From Octopus sinensis (Eukaryota), in NCBI RefSeq assembly GCF_006345805.1, contig NC_043014.1, forward strand, positions 35,464,001 through 35,528,000: 64,000 nt of DNA, in the 5' to 3' direction. This document shows, piece by piece, positions 27,449-40,833 of the stretch. Each line of letters opens with the position of its first letter. Position 1 is the first letter of the stretch. The translations under genes and the position numbers were made by a program. The notes below the pieces were generated by a model. That model worked only from the letters and a program-made list of their open reading frames with translations, was not told the DNA's origin and ran no database searches.

Positions 27449-28420
27449 CAGGAAGCGGCAGAAGTCACGCCCGTTTATTTAATAATTTTTATAGAACAAA
27501 ACATTTGTTACTTAGTAATTTTTTATTGTACAAAAATTTATTACAATAGTTAAAGAAATTAAAAAAAGACAATAAAAATAAATTGCAGTAGTGTTAAGAA
27601 ATTTATTAAATACTAGCAGTATCGCCCGGCGTCGCTCGGGTTTGTAAGGGAAATAACTATATAAGCATTTTTAGAGATGTAAAGTATAATAGCCATCTCA
27701 ATATGGCTAACCACAAGGGGGGGGGGTACTGTAGCTTTTTACGTTCTGAGATTTAATAATAAATTTTTAGAGAGTTACTTCCCTTATATATGCCAAAAAT
27801 GCATTAAAAATGGAAAAAATTCATGGTAATTTTTCTTTTTAAATCGTAGACTCATCGTAGACGCGCGCTAATACCCAGAAGGGCTCGATATGAATCACGA
27901 CTATAAGAACCGGTTTTGGTTAAACTGCACCACAAAATGTGGGAGTAGTTAGGAATCTAAATCGTAGGAGACAGACAGCACACAACCTCACTTTTATATA
28001 TAAAGATTGCTCCATCAAAATAACGTAATTAATTATGATAAAGAATTTAATTAACATGTTCAAAACTCTCTCGTTCATTTTCAGTAAAATGCCGAACCCT
28101 ACCAGCAACACTTCTACAAACCTTTTGACACAATTCCAGTTAATTGCGGAATTCCAGAAATTGCTTGTTTTAAGTCATGAATTATTTTCGGTTTCAGGGA
28201 GTTAACAAGAACTTTCAATACAGCCACAAGAAAAAGTCAGGTGGTATTAGGTCTGATGAACGCGGTGACCACCCAATTGTTCTACGTTGTCCTATCCACC
28301 TCACCTCAAAATTAAGATTTAACAACTCCTGAACGTTTTACCCATAGTTAGGGTGTGAACCATCCTGTTGAAAGTAGAAAACCACAAAATAACAAAGGGC
28401 GTTATTTTTTCCACAGCCTG
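27449..28420 (-). mobile_element. Tc1/mariner relic interrupted by a Helitron
   Basis: Minus strand 28380-28215: FYFQQDGSHPNYG*NVQELLNLNFEVRWIGQRRTIGWSPRSSDLIPPDFFLW (QQDGAPPH..RWIG..WPPRSPDLTPxDFFLWG). Degenerate terminal inverted repeats. Confidence 0.75.
27613..28006 (-). mobile_element. Non-autonomous Helitron
   Basis: Minus strand starts TCtttatatataaaag and ends with hairpin cccgagcgacgccggg then CTAG. Inserted between A and T with no target-site duplication. Confidence 0.85.
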
Positions 28421-28444
28421 TGTAGTATGTATATATTATATATA

Positions 28445-28515
<71 letters not shown>

Positions 28516-28674
28516 TACACACACACATAAAATATATATATATATCACATGATCACGTGACCGACCAGGCTATCAGATGTTGCTACACATCGCTGGTCAC
28601 AATTTTTAGCCTTCAAACGACGCCACCCCACTGGCTAAGCGAGCAGGCCTATAGGCGTATATATATATTATACA

Positions 28675-29241
28675 AGACAAAACATCTCGAGGATTGAATC
28701 ACCCCAGAGGGCACTCACTAAATGAATTGAAGGCATGGCTGCTCTCGATTATTGGGACCGCCTTAAAGCCTTGAAACTCTACTCTCTCCAGCGTCGCCGT
28801 GGGCGGTACATCATTTGCACGATGTGGAGAATATACCACCAACTTTGCCCAAACGGCCTGAACATTAGCTTCAAGGTTCATCCAAGACTGGGACCACGGG
28901 TCATACGTCCCTTGCCCAATTCAAGATCACAGCATACATGTACACTGCAACATAATTTCTTTTCCTCAACAGGCCCTGCCCTATTTAACATTGTCCCGAA
29001 AGAGATCAAAGAGGAAAAGGATCCCATCAACTTTAAATGGAGTCTGGTTAGATTCCTTCAAGGAATACCAGATAAGCCACCCATAATTGGATACAACTCA
29101 CCCAACAAAAACTCACTAATGAATGGACCATAAACAAAACTTGACTTAAACAGGATCAGATAATCCTATCAGGGGTGCTATTGAAGTTAGACATGGCCTG
29201 GACCAATCTTGGTCGAAACATATCTAAGTTTTATCTAAGTT
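28675..29241 (+). mobile_element. 5'-truncated CR1-like LINE 3' end
   Basis: ORF 28735-29133 LDYWDRLKALKLYSLQRRRGRYII..GPALFNIVPKEIK..FL..IPDKP is a typical ORF2 C-terminus. 3' tandem tail tatctaagtt x2. Confidence 0.8.
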
Positions 29242-29283
29242 TTATTTATATATATATATCTATATATATATAATTATATAATA

Positions 29284-29318
<35 letters not shown>

Positions 29319-29383
29319 CTATATATATATATATATATTATATATATAGATAATATATCTATATATTAATATATATATCTATG

Positions 29384-29731
29384 TGTAGGAGTGGCTGTGT
29401 GGTAAGTAGCTTGCTTACCAACCACATGCTCCCGGGTTCAGTCCCGCTGCGTGGCACCTTGGGCAAGTGTCTTCTACTATAGACTCGGGCCGACCAAAGT
29501 CTGTGAGTGGATTGGTAGACGGAAACTGAAAGAAGTCCGTTGTATATATGTTTATATATGTTTATATATGTGCGTCTGTGTTGTCCCCCTCAACATTGCT
29601 TGACAACCGATGCTAGTGTGTTACGTCCCCGTAACTTAGCGGTTCGGCAAAAGAGACCGATAGAATATGAACTAGGTTTACAAAGTTTGCTCGACTAAAG
29701 TCATATGACTGAAATGAAAAGTAAAAGAGTA
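29384..29731 (+). mobile_element. SINE family A
   Basis: Full head and tail with small deletions. Confidence 0.85.
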
Positions 29732-29738
29732 AGATATA

Positions 29739-29784
<46 letters not shown>

Positions 29785-29785
<1 letters not shown>

Positions 29786-30185
29786 TATTCGAGACAAAAC
29801 CACTATTTTGCAAAACAAACAAGGAAAGACTTAATCAATAAATAAAATTTAATAAATAGTCAAAAAAACCGCCACTACAATCGTTTCTGGTCTTGATGCG
29901 ACAATCTTCAGGTGGACTTCCAATAATTCAGTGTCAAATTATGAATGACTCATAATTTGAACTGAATTATTGGAAAGCCACCTGAAGTTGTCGATCAGAT
30001 CAAGAACGATGTAGTGGCGGTTTTTTTTGACTATTTATTAAAATTTTATGTATGATAAGTCTTTCCTTGTTTGTTTGCAAAATATGTTTTGTCTCGATTA
30101 ATATTTTATAATATTTTTACTATAAAATCGATTTAATCCTAAATCTGATTTTTTCCCTGTAAATTTGGATTTATTCCCTAATATT
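29785..30185. mobile_element. Foldback element with HHR in each arm and a unique ~70-bp tail, flanked by (TA)n
   Basis: Arms 29785-29943 and 29950-30105 are reverse complements. The tail (actataaaatcgatttaatcctaaatc..ttattccctaat) recurs at 41518-41580. Confidence 0.8.
29872..29915 (-). ncRNA. Type I hammerhead ribozyme, left arm of foldback element
   Basis: Reverse complement: ccac-CTGAAGA-ttgtc(gcatcaa)gacca-GAAA-cgattg-TA-gtgg. The mirror copy at 29978-30017 (+) has indels. Confidence 0.75.
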
Positions 30186-30188
30186 TAT

Positions 30189-30221
<33 letters not shown>

Positions 30222-30688
30222 ATATGTACATACATATATACATATGTGTGTGTGCGCATTTCGGTGTGTATTTGGGTGGCTGCGTACGGGTGTTTAAATA
30301 TTTACGTGTTCTAAAGTCGACGTTTGTGAGTGAGGGGGAGTTATTAATGGATGCATACGTGAGTGAACGATTGTATAAATATGTACGCGTGGGATGACAT
30401 AGGGGAGTCTTTATATAGCATAAGTGTGTACATGTGAGTGTGAGGGTTTGTTTGAGCGCATGCTGGTATGTGTGTGTGTGTTGTGTCGGTGTGTGCATCG
30501 TTTAAGGGAAAGAAATGTCTTTTACATTTGATATTGTTTTTGTTTTCTTTTACTTTGGCGTGGCTGAATAATTATTTTGATTACAATCTCACAAATGGCT
30601 TGTAATGGACATAATGGTAACTGTTAAGTGACTACGACCGCTTATGATATTGTAAATGATATTAATGTTGTTCTTACTGTTGTTGTTG

Positions 30689-30720
<32 letters not shown>

Positions 30721-30735
30721 AGTGGTGTTGCTGTT

Positions 30736-30766
<31 letters not shown>

Positions 30767-32668
30767 TTGTTAAGCAACAAGACGGCTAAGGGTGATTAGG
30801 TGATGGTCTAGGGCTTAGGGGCGGGAGACCCCAGACCTAAGAAAAAAAAACTTTGGCCGTCTTGTTGTAGTCGAGGGCTCTTCATTGGCGCCCGACACCA
30901 CTGGGAGGTGGCCCTCGAAGTCGCTGGAAATGAAGATCTCCAGATCCAAATTCTTGAACGGCTGCTGCTGCTGCTTAGTTCTTGTTGAGCCCTGCTTGTA
31001 TTTTAACCCTCGCCATCGGGACTGTAAGGCGGTAGAGAATGATTTGAGGCAGATTTGTGAACTATTTTTGACAGATCACGTGATTACTATATTAATTATT
31101 GTTGTTGCAGTTGTTGTTCATGATGATTAACTGCAAAAAGGACTTGTATGTACAGAACAATGGTCAAAGACATCATATCCCAGATCGAGATCAAGAAACC
31201 CGTTGTCCCACTACGCGGCAACTTGGGCAAGTATCGTCTCACATAGTTCCGGATATGTGTGTGAGTGTGTGTGTGTGTGTGTTTGTGTGTATGCATGTGC
31301 GCAGGCGTGTGTGTATGTATGTATGTATGTACATACAGAGAGACAGACAGAACAGTCCAAAGGCTGAAACAATAAGATAAAGAAATGTATCCAGAACCAC
31401 GCCCTTTGTTCATAATAGTGATGGCATTTTTTCTTTATTGTGATGAGGATGATAATGATTATGATGACGACGACGACGATGATGATGATGATGATGATGA
31501 CGACGACGATGATGATGATGAGGAGGATGATGATGATAAAGGATGATGATGATGAGAATGAGGATGATGATGAGGAGGATGATAAGAGCGGTCAGAGGAA
31601 TAAATATGGCGCTGTTGGAGTTTATGCCAATGTTAATAATAACAAAGATGACGGCAGTGACAACGTCAATGATTATAATTATAGTGTGATGTTGTTGTTG
31701 TTGATGATAATGATGATGATGATGATGATGATGATGGAGTGGGGATTGATGTGGCGGATGTACAACTTCGACATCTGACATATGGTATACCGTGCATATG
31801 TTTAGGCAACGTCGACTTGATGGAGGGAAGTGAGCAAATGATCTGTGCTGGTCGTTCAGCAAGAATTCGCCGAACTCTTATCTGTTGTGTACGACATGGA
31901 AGTCCACGATATCGGGGAATGTTGAAGATGCATGGACTGGAAGTTCGGTTATTGGACTGACGATCGTAAGGTGGCAGTTTCGGGTCGTTCGTTATGCTTT
32001 TGTGTAAAAACATTCATTACACATTACACCAGTCCACTCAGCTAAATACGAGAATACGAGTACCAGCAACAACTAGGGATTTACTCTGTAAATGACTGGC
32101 GTCATGTTCCAGAGAGAATATCATAGATTTAGCTGCTAATAGGAAATGGAGATCGAGATACGTAGCGGCCTATGACCCTTGTAAGCTAAGATGTATACAT
32201 GCTCATCCGTCTGAATGACGAGGGCCATCTAATTATCCTTAACGATGACTGATAACTTGCGCGGTGACTTAGTTTAAAATGAAGAAGAGTTGCTCTTAGT
32301 GAAGAAAACACGAAATCTTACATATATATAGGGTTATAGCATCCATCGTGTCGTTTTGTTTTTAGACTAGGCTGAGATTTGAGAAAGACTGAACTTCTAT
32401 TTGTAGCCATTTGAGCACTTAAACGAAATCTTCAGCATTGGTTCGGATACCTTTGTGTTGCTATTGTTTAGCCCGGACCCGCCTGAATTACCAGACCAAT
32501 GTTACAGACTGTCTAGCCATGAGAATTCTGTATTTCCACGTCCGTTCAAATCGTTGCACTGTGAGTTGAGGGAGATTTAGTTTCTGTTCTAGTATGTTGT
32601 TTGCACACGTAAACGCTCTTTGATGTATGCATGTATATACGTACGTGTGTATGTATGTACGTACGTAC

Positions 32669-32699
<31 letters not shown>

Positions 32700-33084
32700 T
32701 GTAGTATGTATGTATGTATGTATGTACGTTTGTATTAAAACGTATAGATTTATGCACACAGTACATAAATCGAAGAGAAACCTAGATGTAGGAAAATGAA
32801 GCTGTGAGGGCAGAGAAACGGATAGATGAAGGTGGGGCGTTTTGGTCAAATTTTTAACAGAGATTTCTCTGTCTGTCTATCTGTTTCTCTCACTTTCTCT
32901 CTCTGTCCTTACATGTGTATTATATGTGTTTGTATGCTTGTGTGCGTATGTGCGTGTGTCAGTGTGTGTGTGTATGTGTGCCTATGTGTTTTTGTGTTGG
33001 GGCGCGGTTATGTATACAGACTGAATTGGCGGGAGGCATAATGAATAATAGTAGTAACAATACACACACACACATATAATCACC

Positions 33085-33142
<58 letters not shown>

Positions 33143-33152
33143 GCAGGCAGGC

Positions 33153-33276
<124 letters not shown>

Positions 33277-33633
33277 GCATGTATGCATACGCAAAGGCAT
33301 CACCATAACACAGTGCCGAAGTTTGAAAGTGTGTCACCCGGGGTAGCACTTGAGTTAGTCCACCTACCCCTTACACAGGTTCGTACAGCAGACTCAAAAG
33401 TACCGTCCCCGTAAAAGAGTAACTTAGGAGCGACTGCCTTCTCGTTACCCACTGCTATTCCACAGCCACAGCGTTGATTAAGTAAATGTCCATAGGGAAA
33501 TCATACACAATATCTATGTTTAATAGACATGCATTTCATCTACAGAGATATAATCCGTGATTAGATCTCAGAATCTTTGGCTGGACGTAAGGAATCATTC
33601 AACAAGTGATTCATATAAATGTTCCACCAAAGT

Positions 33634-33858
33634 AAGGCGGCGAGCTGGCAGAATAGTTTGCGAGCGGACACACAAAAAAAATGCTTAGTAACATCTTGTC
33701 TGTGTGTGTGTTGAGTTCAAATTCCGCCGAGGTCGACTTTGCCTTTCGTCCTTTCGGGGTTGGTAAAATAAATATCTGTTGAGCACTGGAGTCGATTTAA
33801 TCAACTTACACCCTTTCCCTGAACTTACTGGCTTTGTGCCAAAATTTGAAACCAATAT
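33634..33858 (+). mobile_element. SINE family B
   Basis: aaggcggcgagctggcagaa..gagttcaaattccgccgaggtcgactttgcc. Confidence 0.85.
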
Positions 33859-34092
33859 TCCCCCAAAGTCACTTACCTCAATGAAAAACATAAACAAATT
33901 AATCACAAATCATATTTTCACAGCAAACCAAAATATGTGTTTATTATACATTATATACATATTTTTTTTCCTAACGTTCGTAAGTAAGTGGCAAGGTTCC
34001 TGGTTGATGAATATTATTAGAAACTATACGAAACACCTGGTGGTCGATTTCTCACTCTCAGCTACATGATATTCTGCGATCTAATATTTTAT

Positions 34093-34809
34093 CTTTTCTT
34101 TTATATTTACTTGTTTCAGGTATTAAACTGCGGCCTTGATGGGGCAACGCCTTGAAGAATTGTTAGTCGAATGAATCGACCCTGGTACTTATTTTATTGG
34201 ACTTGTTTGCCAAACCGCTATGTTAGAGGGATGTAAACACATTAATTCCGGTGGTGAAGCAGTGGTGGTGCACAAACACAGACAGAAAGACACACACACA
34301 CATAAATATGTATATATATATATATACATACACACATGATGAGCTTCTTTCAGTTCCTTCCATCAAATTCTCTCACAAGGCTTTGGTCGGCCCGAGGTTA
34401 TAGCAGAACACACGCTTGCCCAAGTTATCACGCAGTGGGACTGAACCCAGAACCATGTGGTTGGGAAGCAAGCTTCTTACCACAGAGTTTCTGTTGATCA
34501 AATATATAAAATATATTAAATATTTTTCACACAAACACACAGAAGTGTGCGTGCCTTTGTGTGCACATATGTATGTGTATGTGCATGTGTGTGTGTGTGT
34601 GTGTATGTTTGGGTGTCTGTGTTTGTCCCCCAACATAGCTTGACAACCGATGCTGGTGTGTTTACATCCCCGTAACTTAGCGGTTCAGCAAAAGAGACTG
34701 ATAGAATAAGTACTAGCGTTACAAAGAATAGGTCATAGGGTTGATTTACTTGACTAAAGGTGGTGCTCCAGCATGGCCGCAGTCAAATGACTGCAACAAG
34801 TAAAAGAGT
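34093..34809. mobile_element. SINE family A (-) at 34093-34484 plus family A tail (+) at 34615-34809
   Basis: Homology to family A in opposite orientations. Confidence 0.8.
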
Positions 34810-34847
34810 AGTATAAACAGTAGTAGTAGAAGTAGTAGTAGTAGTAG

Positions 34848-34909
<62 letters not shown>

Positions 34910-35439
34910 TCTTAAATTGTGGTCACCACTTATGACAAACGGAAGCTATCATGTTCTTATTCTGTGTCACCAATTGTAGATTCCACTGATCGATGTGTAA
35001 TATAAAAACACAAAAAAAGGACACCAACCATGGAAAAGTAGTTCAAATGTACTTTTATAGGCACAAGCATTGTTCTCTGTGGATGTAAAGCTTTCATTGC
35101 AATCAAAAGGTTTCAGATTCGGTCCCACTTCCTGGCACCTTGGACAAGTGTCTTATATTATAGCTCCTGGCCGACCAGTGCCTTTTGAGTGAATTTGGTA
35201 AACGGAAATCACGTGGAAGCTCGTCGTAGACACACACACGCACACCACACACGCATACACGCACACATATATATATGTACATATGTGTGTATTATATATA
35301 CGTGTGTGTGTATGTATGTATGTACGAGTGTGTGTATGTCTTTGTGTATCTGTCTACATCACTGCTTGGCAAATGGTACTGATTTGGCCACGTCCACATG
35401 ACCAGCTGTTCGGTATAAACGACCGATAGAATAAGTGCC

Positions 35440-35671
35440 AAGGCGGCGAGCTGGCAGAAACGTTAACGCCGGGAGAAATGCGTAGCTGTATTTCGTGTGC
35501 CGTTACGTTCTGAGTTCAAATTCGGCCGGGGTCGACTTTGCCTTTCATCCTTTCGGGGTCGATAAATTTAGTACCAGTTACGCACTGGGGTCGATGTAAT
35601 CGACTTAATCCGTTCGCCTGTCCTTGTTTGTCCCCTCGGTGTGTAGCCCCTTGTGGGTAGTAAAGAAATAA
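35440..35671 (+). mobile_element. SINE family B nested in a family A tail
   Basis: Full copy; family A tail sequence on both sides. Confidence 0.85.
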
Positions 35672-35957
35672 GAGTAAGTACCAGACTTTAAAAATAAGTC
35701 GAAAATCCTTCGAAGCAGTGCCCTAGCGTGGTTGCATTCTAATGACTGAAACAAGTAAAAGATAAAAAATAACGTTAAAAGATTCGTGATGTTTTCAAGA
35801 AACATAAATTCTACTTAATTAACAGGCTAACCTGTAGTAGATATCAGAACGTCTCCGATAACCAATTAAATTTTCCAGGGGTGAATTCTGCATGTAAATA
35901 AATATAGAGGAAGCTGAGGTAGAATACACACCCAGGAGAACAAAAGAATTAAGCCAA

Positions 35958-36948
35958 GGCGTGGTTGTGTGATGAGAAGATTGCTTCCCAACCACATGCT
36001 TCTGGGTTCAGTCCCACTGCGTACCACATTTGTAAGTGTCTTCTAGTATAACCTCGAGCCGACCAAAGCCACGTTAGTAGATTTGGTAGATTGAAAGTGA
36101 AAGAAGCCCGTTGTGTATTTGGATATATGTATGTATGTATGTATGCATGTATGCATGTATGTATGTATGTATGTATGTATGTATGTATGTGTGTGTGTGC
36201 ACGTGTCTATGTTTGTCACACACACCACCACCACCACCGCCACCGCTTGACAACCGTTGTTGATGTGTTTGTGTTCCATAACTTTGCGATTGAGCAAAAG
36301 AAACCGGTAGAATAAGTAACCGTAAATCCTTGAGTATAGTCCACCCTTGAATGTAATACGCAGGGGATTTTTAGGGGGATGTACCTCTGAAAAAGCTAAA
36401 CTTTGTGTATAACACGCACTCCTTCTCTAACTTGAGTCAAGGAGGTCTATATAACGTCCTTGGTTTGTAAAAATGTATACGGTAACGTCTTTTATTATTA
36501 TTATTGTATATATAACATAATGCAAACGTGTAGCTTTTTTGTGCATTTTGTTTGCAGAAAGTAAAGAAATAAAAGTAATAACAGTAATAATTAATAAATG
36601 TTGCTTACTGCAAGTTATGGATGATTTTTATGACTTCATTGCTTTCAGGCTTAGCTTAAGGTATTTTCGCTCCCGACATCACAAAATGCATCTGAATAAA
36701 CATTGCTGGACAGCAAATAGAGACTCGGACATTGCTTAGAAAATATTTTTCATTTTTAACCTCGTATATAGTACGCACTAGGGATTTTGACCTTTAAATT
36801 TTTGGGAAAAAATGCGGATTATACTCGAGTATTTACGGTATCAAGGCTTTACACAAAAATACTGGGATCGATTCATTCGACTAAAAATTTTTCAGGTAGT
36901 GCCCCAGCATGGCCGCAATCTTATGACTGAAACAAGTAAAAGATAAAA
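35958..36948 (+). mobile_element. SINE family A split by MITE insertion
   Basis: Head at 35958-36318; tail resumes at 36841. Confidence 0.8.
36320..36838. mobile_element. Non-autonomous Tc1/mariner (pogo/Tigger-like) MITE nested in a SINE
   Basis: TIRs ccgtaaatccttgagtata / tatactcgagtatttacgg with TA flanks. Splits the SINE tail at gaataagta. Confidence 0.75.
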
Positions 36949-37732
36949 GTAACTGAGATTATACGCAATAAACAAAAGGTGAAAGATAATACAAAAATAA
37001 ATTAACAAAAAACTACAAATAGTGACTTAGGCGAATGTGACATAATTCAATCAATAATGAATTTAGGGGTTCAGTTTGGAAAGTTCAACTACGATAAAAG
37101 TTCACAGCAATACCAAAACTAGAAATTCCAAACAAACCTTTCAACGAAACATACAAAATCTAAGAAAATGTATACGTTTGAAAGCAAATATATCTATCAG
37201 TGAGATTGCTAAATCGTCCGGCGTGAATTCACTCGTTCAATCTTTTCTCATGTTTCCAAAAAGAACACGTTAGATAAGATAGACACAGATACGATACACT
37301 CTGTCAGAGGCAAAGACTGTATGGTTATACACACCTTTGTGTGTATGTGTGTGTGAGTGTGTCTCTGCGTATGTGTGTTGTGTGTATTTGTCTATTCACA
37401 TATATGTATACATGCACTTGGCTTAGTGCTAAGGTGTTGATCTCACGATTGCAGTGGTACACTGTGTTCTTGAGTAAAACAATTCATTTCATGTTTCTTT
37501 GCGATCATTCAGACAGCTTAAGTGTTGCACAAAGGGTCTGTTCAGGCAATGTTCGATTTAATGGAGGAGCTGAGCTAAAGTACAGCACAAACATTTGATC
37601 ACTAGGATCAAATCATCTGCGCCGGTTGTTCAGCCAGAAATTGTAGAACCGTCTTTCTAAGACAACGAGAGGCAACCACCACATACACAGTCATATATAC
37701 ATACGCGTGTGTGTGTATGTGTGTGTGTGTGT

Positions 37733-37771
<39 letters not shown>

Positions 37772-38028
37772 TGTGTGTGTGTGCTCTTTTTGTTATTCTT
37801 TTTACTTGTTTCAGTCATTTGACTGCGGCCATGCTGGAGCACCACCTCCAAGAGTTTTTAGTCGAACAAATCGAACCCGGGACATATTTTTCAAAAGTTT
37901 AGTACTTATTCTATCGGACCTTTTTGCCAAACCCATAAGTTTGAGGGATGTAAACACACAAACGCTAGTTGCCACAGACACAAAGACACACATACATAGA
38001 TATATACATATATACATACATACGCACG

Positions 38029-38060
<32 letters not shown>

Positions 38061-38414
38061 GGGGGAAGTAAGAAAAATCAACGAAAATGCACATTGTAAA
38101 TTTAAAAAATAAAATGCTTTTTATGAAAGGTAACGACTGATATATACATTTAGATGAACTGAGGTAGTAATAAAAGTAATGAAAGTCTTAAAAATCATTA
38201 TTATGCGATAATTAAAGAGATTCAGCATACCGCGGTTTCGTCATGAGGTATTCATTGCTTTGAATGAACACCGGCTAATGAACGGTGTCAGATCTAATAG
38301 TTCCTGAGTAAAAAGATTATTTTTAAGGGAGGTAAGTAGTTCTGGATTTTGTGCAGTTAGGTTAGATATAGAATTGTAATGTGAATGCACACACACACAC
38401 ACACACGCATATAT

Positions 38415-38453
<39 letters not shown>

Positions 38454-39493
38454 CACATATATATACAGTATACATACCTACCTGTATATATATATATACA
38501 ACATAGATACCTACATAAATATATATATATGGGGAGAGAGAGAGAGAGAGAGAGAGGAGGGAGAACAGGGAGAGAGGAAAAGAGAGAGAGAGTGAACAGA
38601 TGAGATCCAGAGGTTCTCAAAATAGAACAAAATTTGAACTTACTCGCCGAAACCTTTATGGTGTACAAAGTCAGTGGAATAAAAAGTGGTTAAAGGAAAA
38701 ATCCAAGTGAGCAGATATGGAGGCGATGATCCAAATAATCAAATAAAACTGCTTAGGTTAGATATACAAAACATATATACATGTATACATGTAAATAGAG
38801 GAAGCAAAGATTGAACATTTTCAGAGGATGAATATTCAAGAATAAATGAGACATTTCATAAGCGCCACGCGGCCATTATCGAGGTTAGTATATTATTTTC
38901 TTTGTCTTGACGTCTAGAATCCGAAAACATTGGGCGGAAGAACCGGTGAGGCTTGCAATAAGGTCGAAAACCGGCTGAAAACAATGATTAGAGGAGGTCT
39001 TCACGGTCATTTTAAGACGAAAACCAGCTTCCTAACTTCATTCCTTGTCGAGATATCGCATTCTGAAAGTCGCAAAACTTTGCGTTTTTCTCGGTTTTTA
39101 AGTTGTTGCGCTTACGACGGTCTGTTAATAAACGCCTCAAATATAGGTGAGATTTTTATCTCTCCATTCCGAAGACGTAGACCAGATGTAGCCAATGTTT
39201 ATTTGATTTCATTACTAGTTGCATATTCTAGTGAACTATATCTGCCAACATTATGAAGTAACACACCTCCTCAGAAACAGCTGGTGGACTTGTAATACAA
39301 TACCCCCGCCTCTTATTTTTTAATGGTTTTTTTTTTTTACTCTATGCAAGTTTGCTCTATGAATATACAAATATCTATATATTTATACTTGAATAGTTAT
39401 CGTCTGAAAATGTTCAGTCTTTGCTACATGTATACATGTATATATATTTTGTATATCAGACCCAAGCAGTTTTATTTGTTTATTTGCCTCACC

Positions 39494-39557
<64 letters not shown>

Positions 39558-39984
39558 TTCCCTCTCTCTCTCATATTATGATAAATATTAATATATATAC
39601 ACACACACACACACACACCACACACACATATATATATATATATATATAGGTGATAAATAAAAATATATGCATACATACAAACATATATGTACGTACCTAC
39701 ATCTACATGTATATATACATGCATATATAAATAATTATACGTGAGTACAGGACATCACAATAAGACGTAGAAACGGAAAAAAACAAAAAAAAAATAAGAA
39801 AACGAAAAACGAAAAACAAGAAAATGAAAAACAATTACAGGACGAGCTACACAAGGACAAAACCCCTGTCATCAGCTGTCGCTAGTGGAGTCAGGCATGT
39901 TTCGAAGGCATAGACAGAACACTAATCCAATAAGCCTTCCTGCGAGAGAATTAAAATAAAATTCCAAGCAGCGGGGCAAAATGA

Positions 39985-40265
39985 GTACGAACACAAACAA
40001 GACGTAACAATAAGACTGCAAAATTAAAATACATGTACAAAAAATACAATTAATTACAAAACGAGAAAATAAAAAGAGAAATACGATACAGGAAATCAAA
40101 CACACAAGAAGACGAACGAAAAAGCCTTTTTTGGCATAGACAAACAATAAAACTGCAAAAATAAAAATACATGTACAAAAAATACAATTAGTTACAAAAC
40201 GAGAAAATAAAAAGAATACGATACAGGAAATCAACCACACAAGGGGACGAACGAAAAAGCCTTTA
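39985..40265. repeat. Tandem duplication of a ~135-bp A-rich unit
   Basis: actgcaaaa.taaaatacatgtacaaaaaatacaatta.ttacaaaacgagaaaataaaaaga..gacgaacgaaaaagccttt occurs twice. Confidence 0.85.
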
Positions 40266-40370
40266 TGCTGGCGAAGACGAATGGTAAAGTATCAGCGCGT
40301 GGAGGCAGTCTTGTCGTTTCGGTCCACTTCTTTGTTCCTTTTTTTATATTATATATATATATATATTATA

Positions 40371-40408
<38 letters not shown>

Positions 40409-40416
40409 TATATATA

Positions 40417-40453
<37 letters not shown>

Positions 40454-40465
40454 GATTACTTCACA

Positions 40466-40511
40466 ATGTCCCTTGAAAAGCTAATTTGAATAGCGAAAAC
40501 CGGTTGGATGT
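40466..40511 (+). ncRNA. Variant hammerhead motif (U3-A8 core), cleavage site probably decayed
   Basis: atgtcc-c-TTGAAAA-gcta(atttgaa)tagc-GAAA-accggtt-ggatgt. Palindromic AACCGGTT stem III; one-nucleotide register defect. Confidence 0.55.
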
Positions 40512-40733
40512 AAATTTTTTTAATAAAAAGATATTAAACTATGCGAAAAGAAGGCATTTCTTTTTCATTTTTTATATGTTTTCCACACTATATATATACA
40601 TATACATATATCTGAGTGCCTCAGCATTTTCAAGCATGTTGGAGACAAGTCGTTTTTCGCCCTTGCTCCTTTAATATAATTATATACATACACATACATA
40701 ATACATACATACATACATACATACATACATACA

Positions 40734-40809
<76 letters not shown>

Positions 40810-40833
40810 TATATATATATATATATATATATT

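Noticed and set aside
30886-30895. TGGCGCCCGA, resembling a tRNA-Lys primer-binding site, after a hairpin at 30775-30867
   Set aside because: Only a 10-nt match; no paired LTR or gag/pol sequence seen.
38943-38976. CCGGTGA..caataaggtc-GAAA-accggct, similar to the 12.17-kb HHR
   Set aside because: Two core changes and no stem I; may be a relic but cannot be supported.
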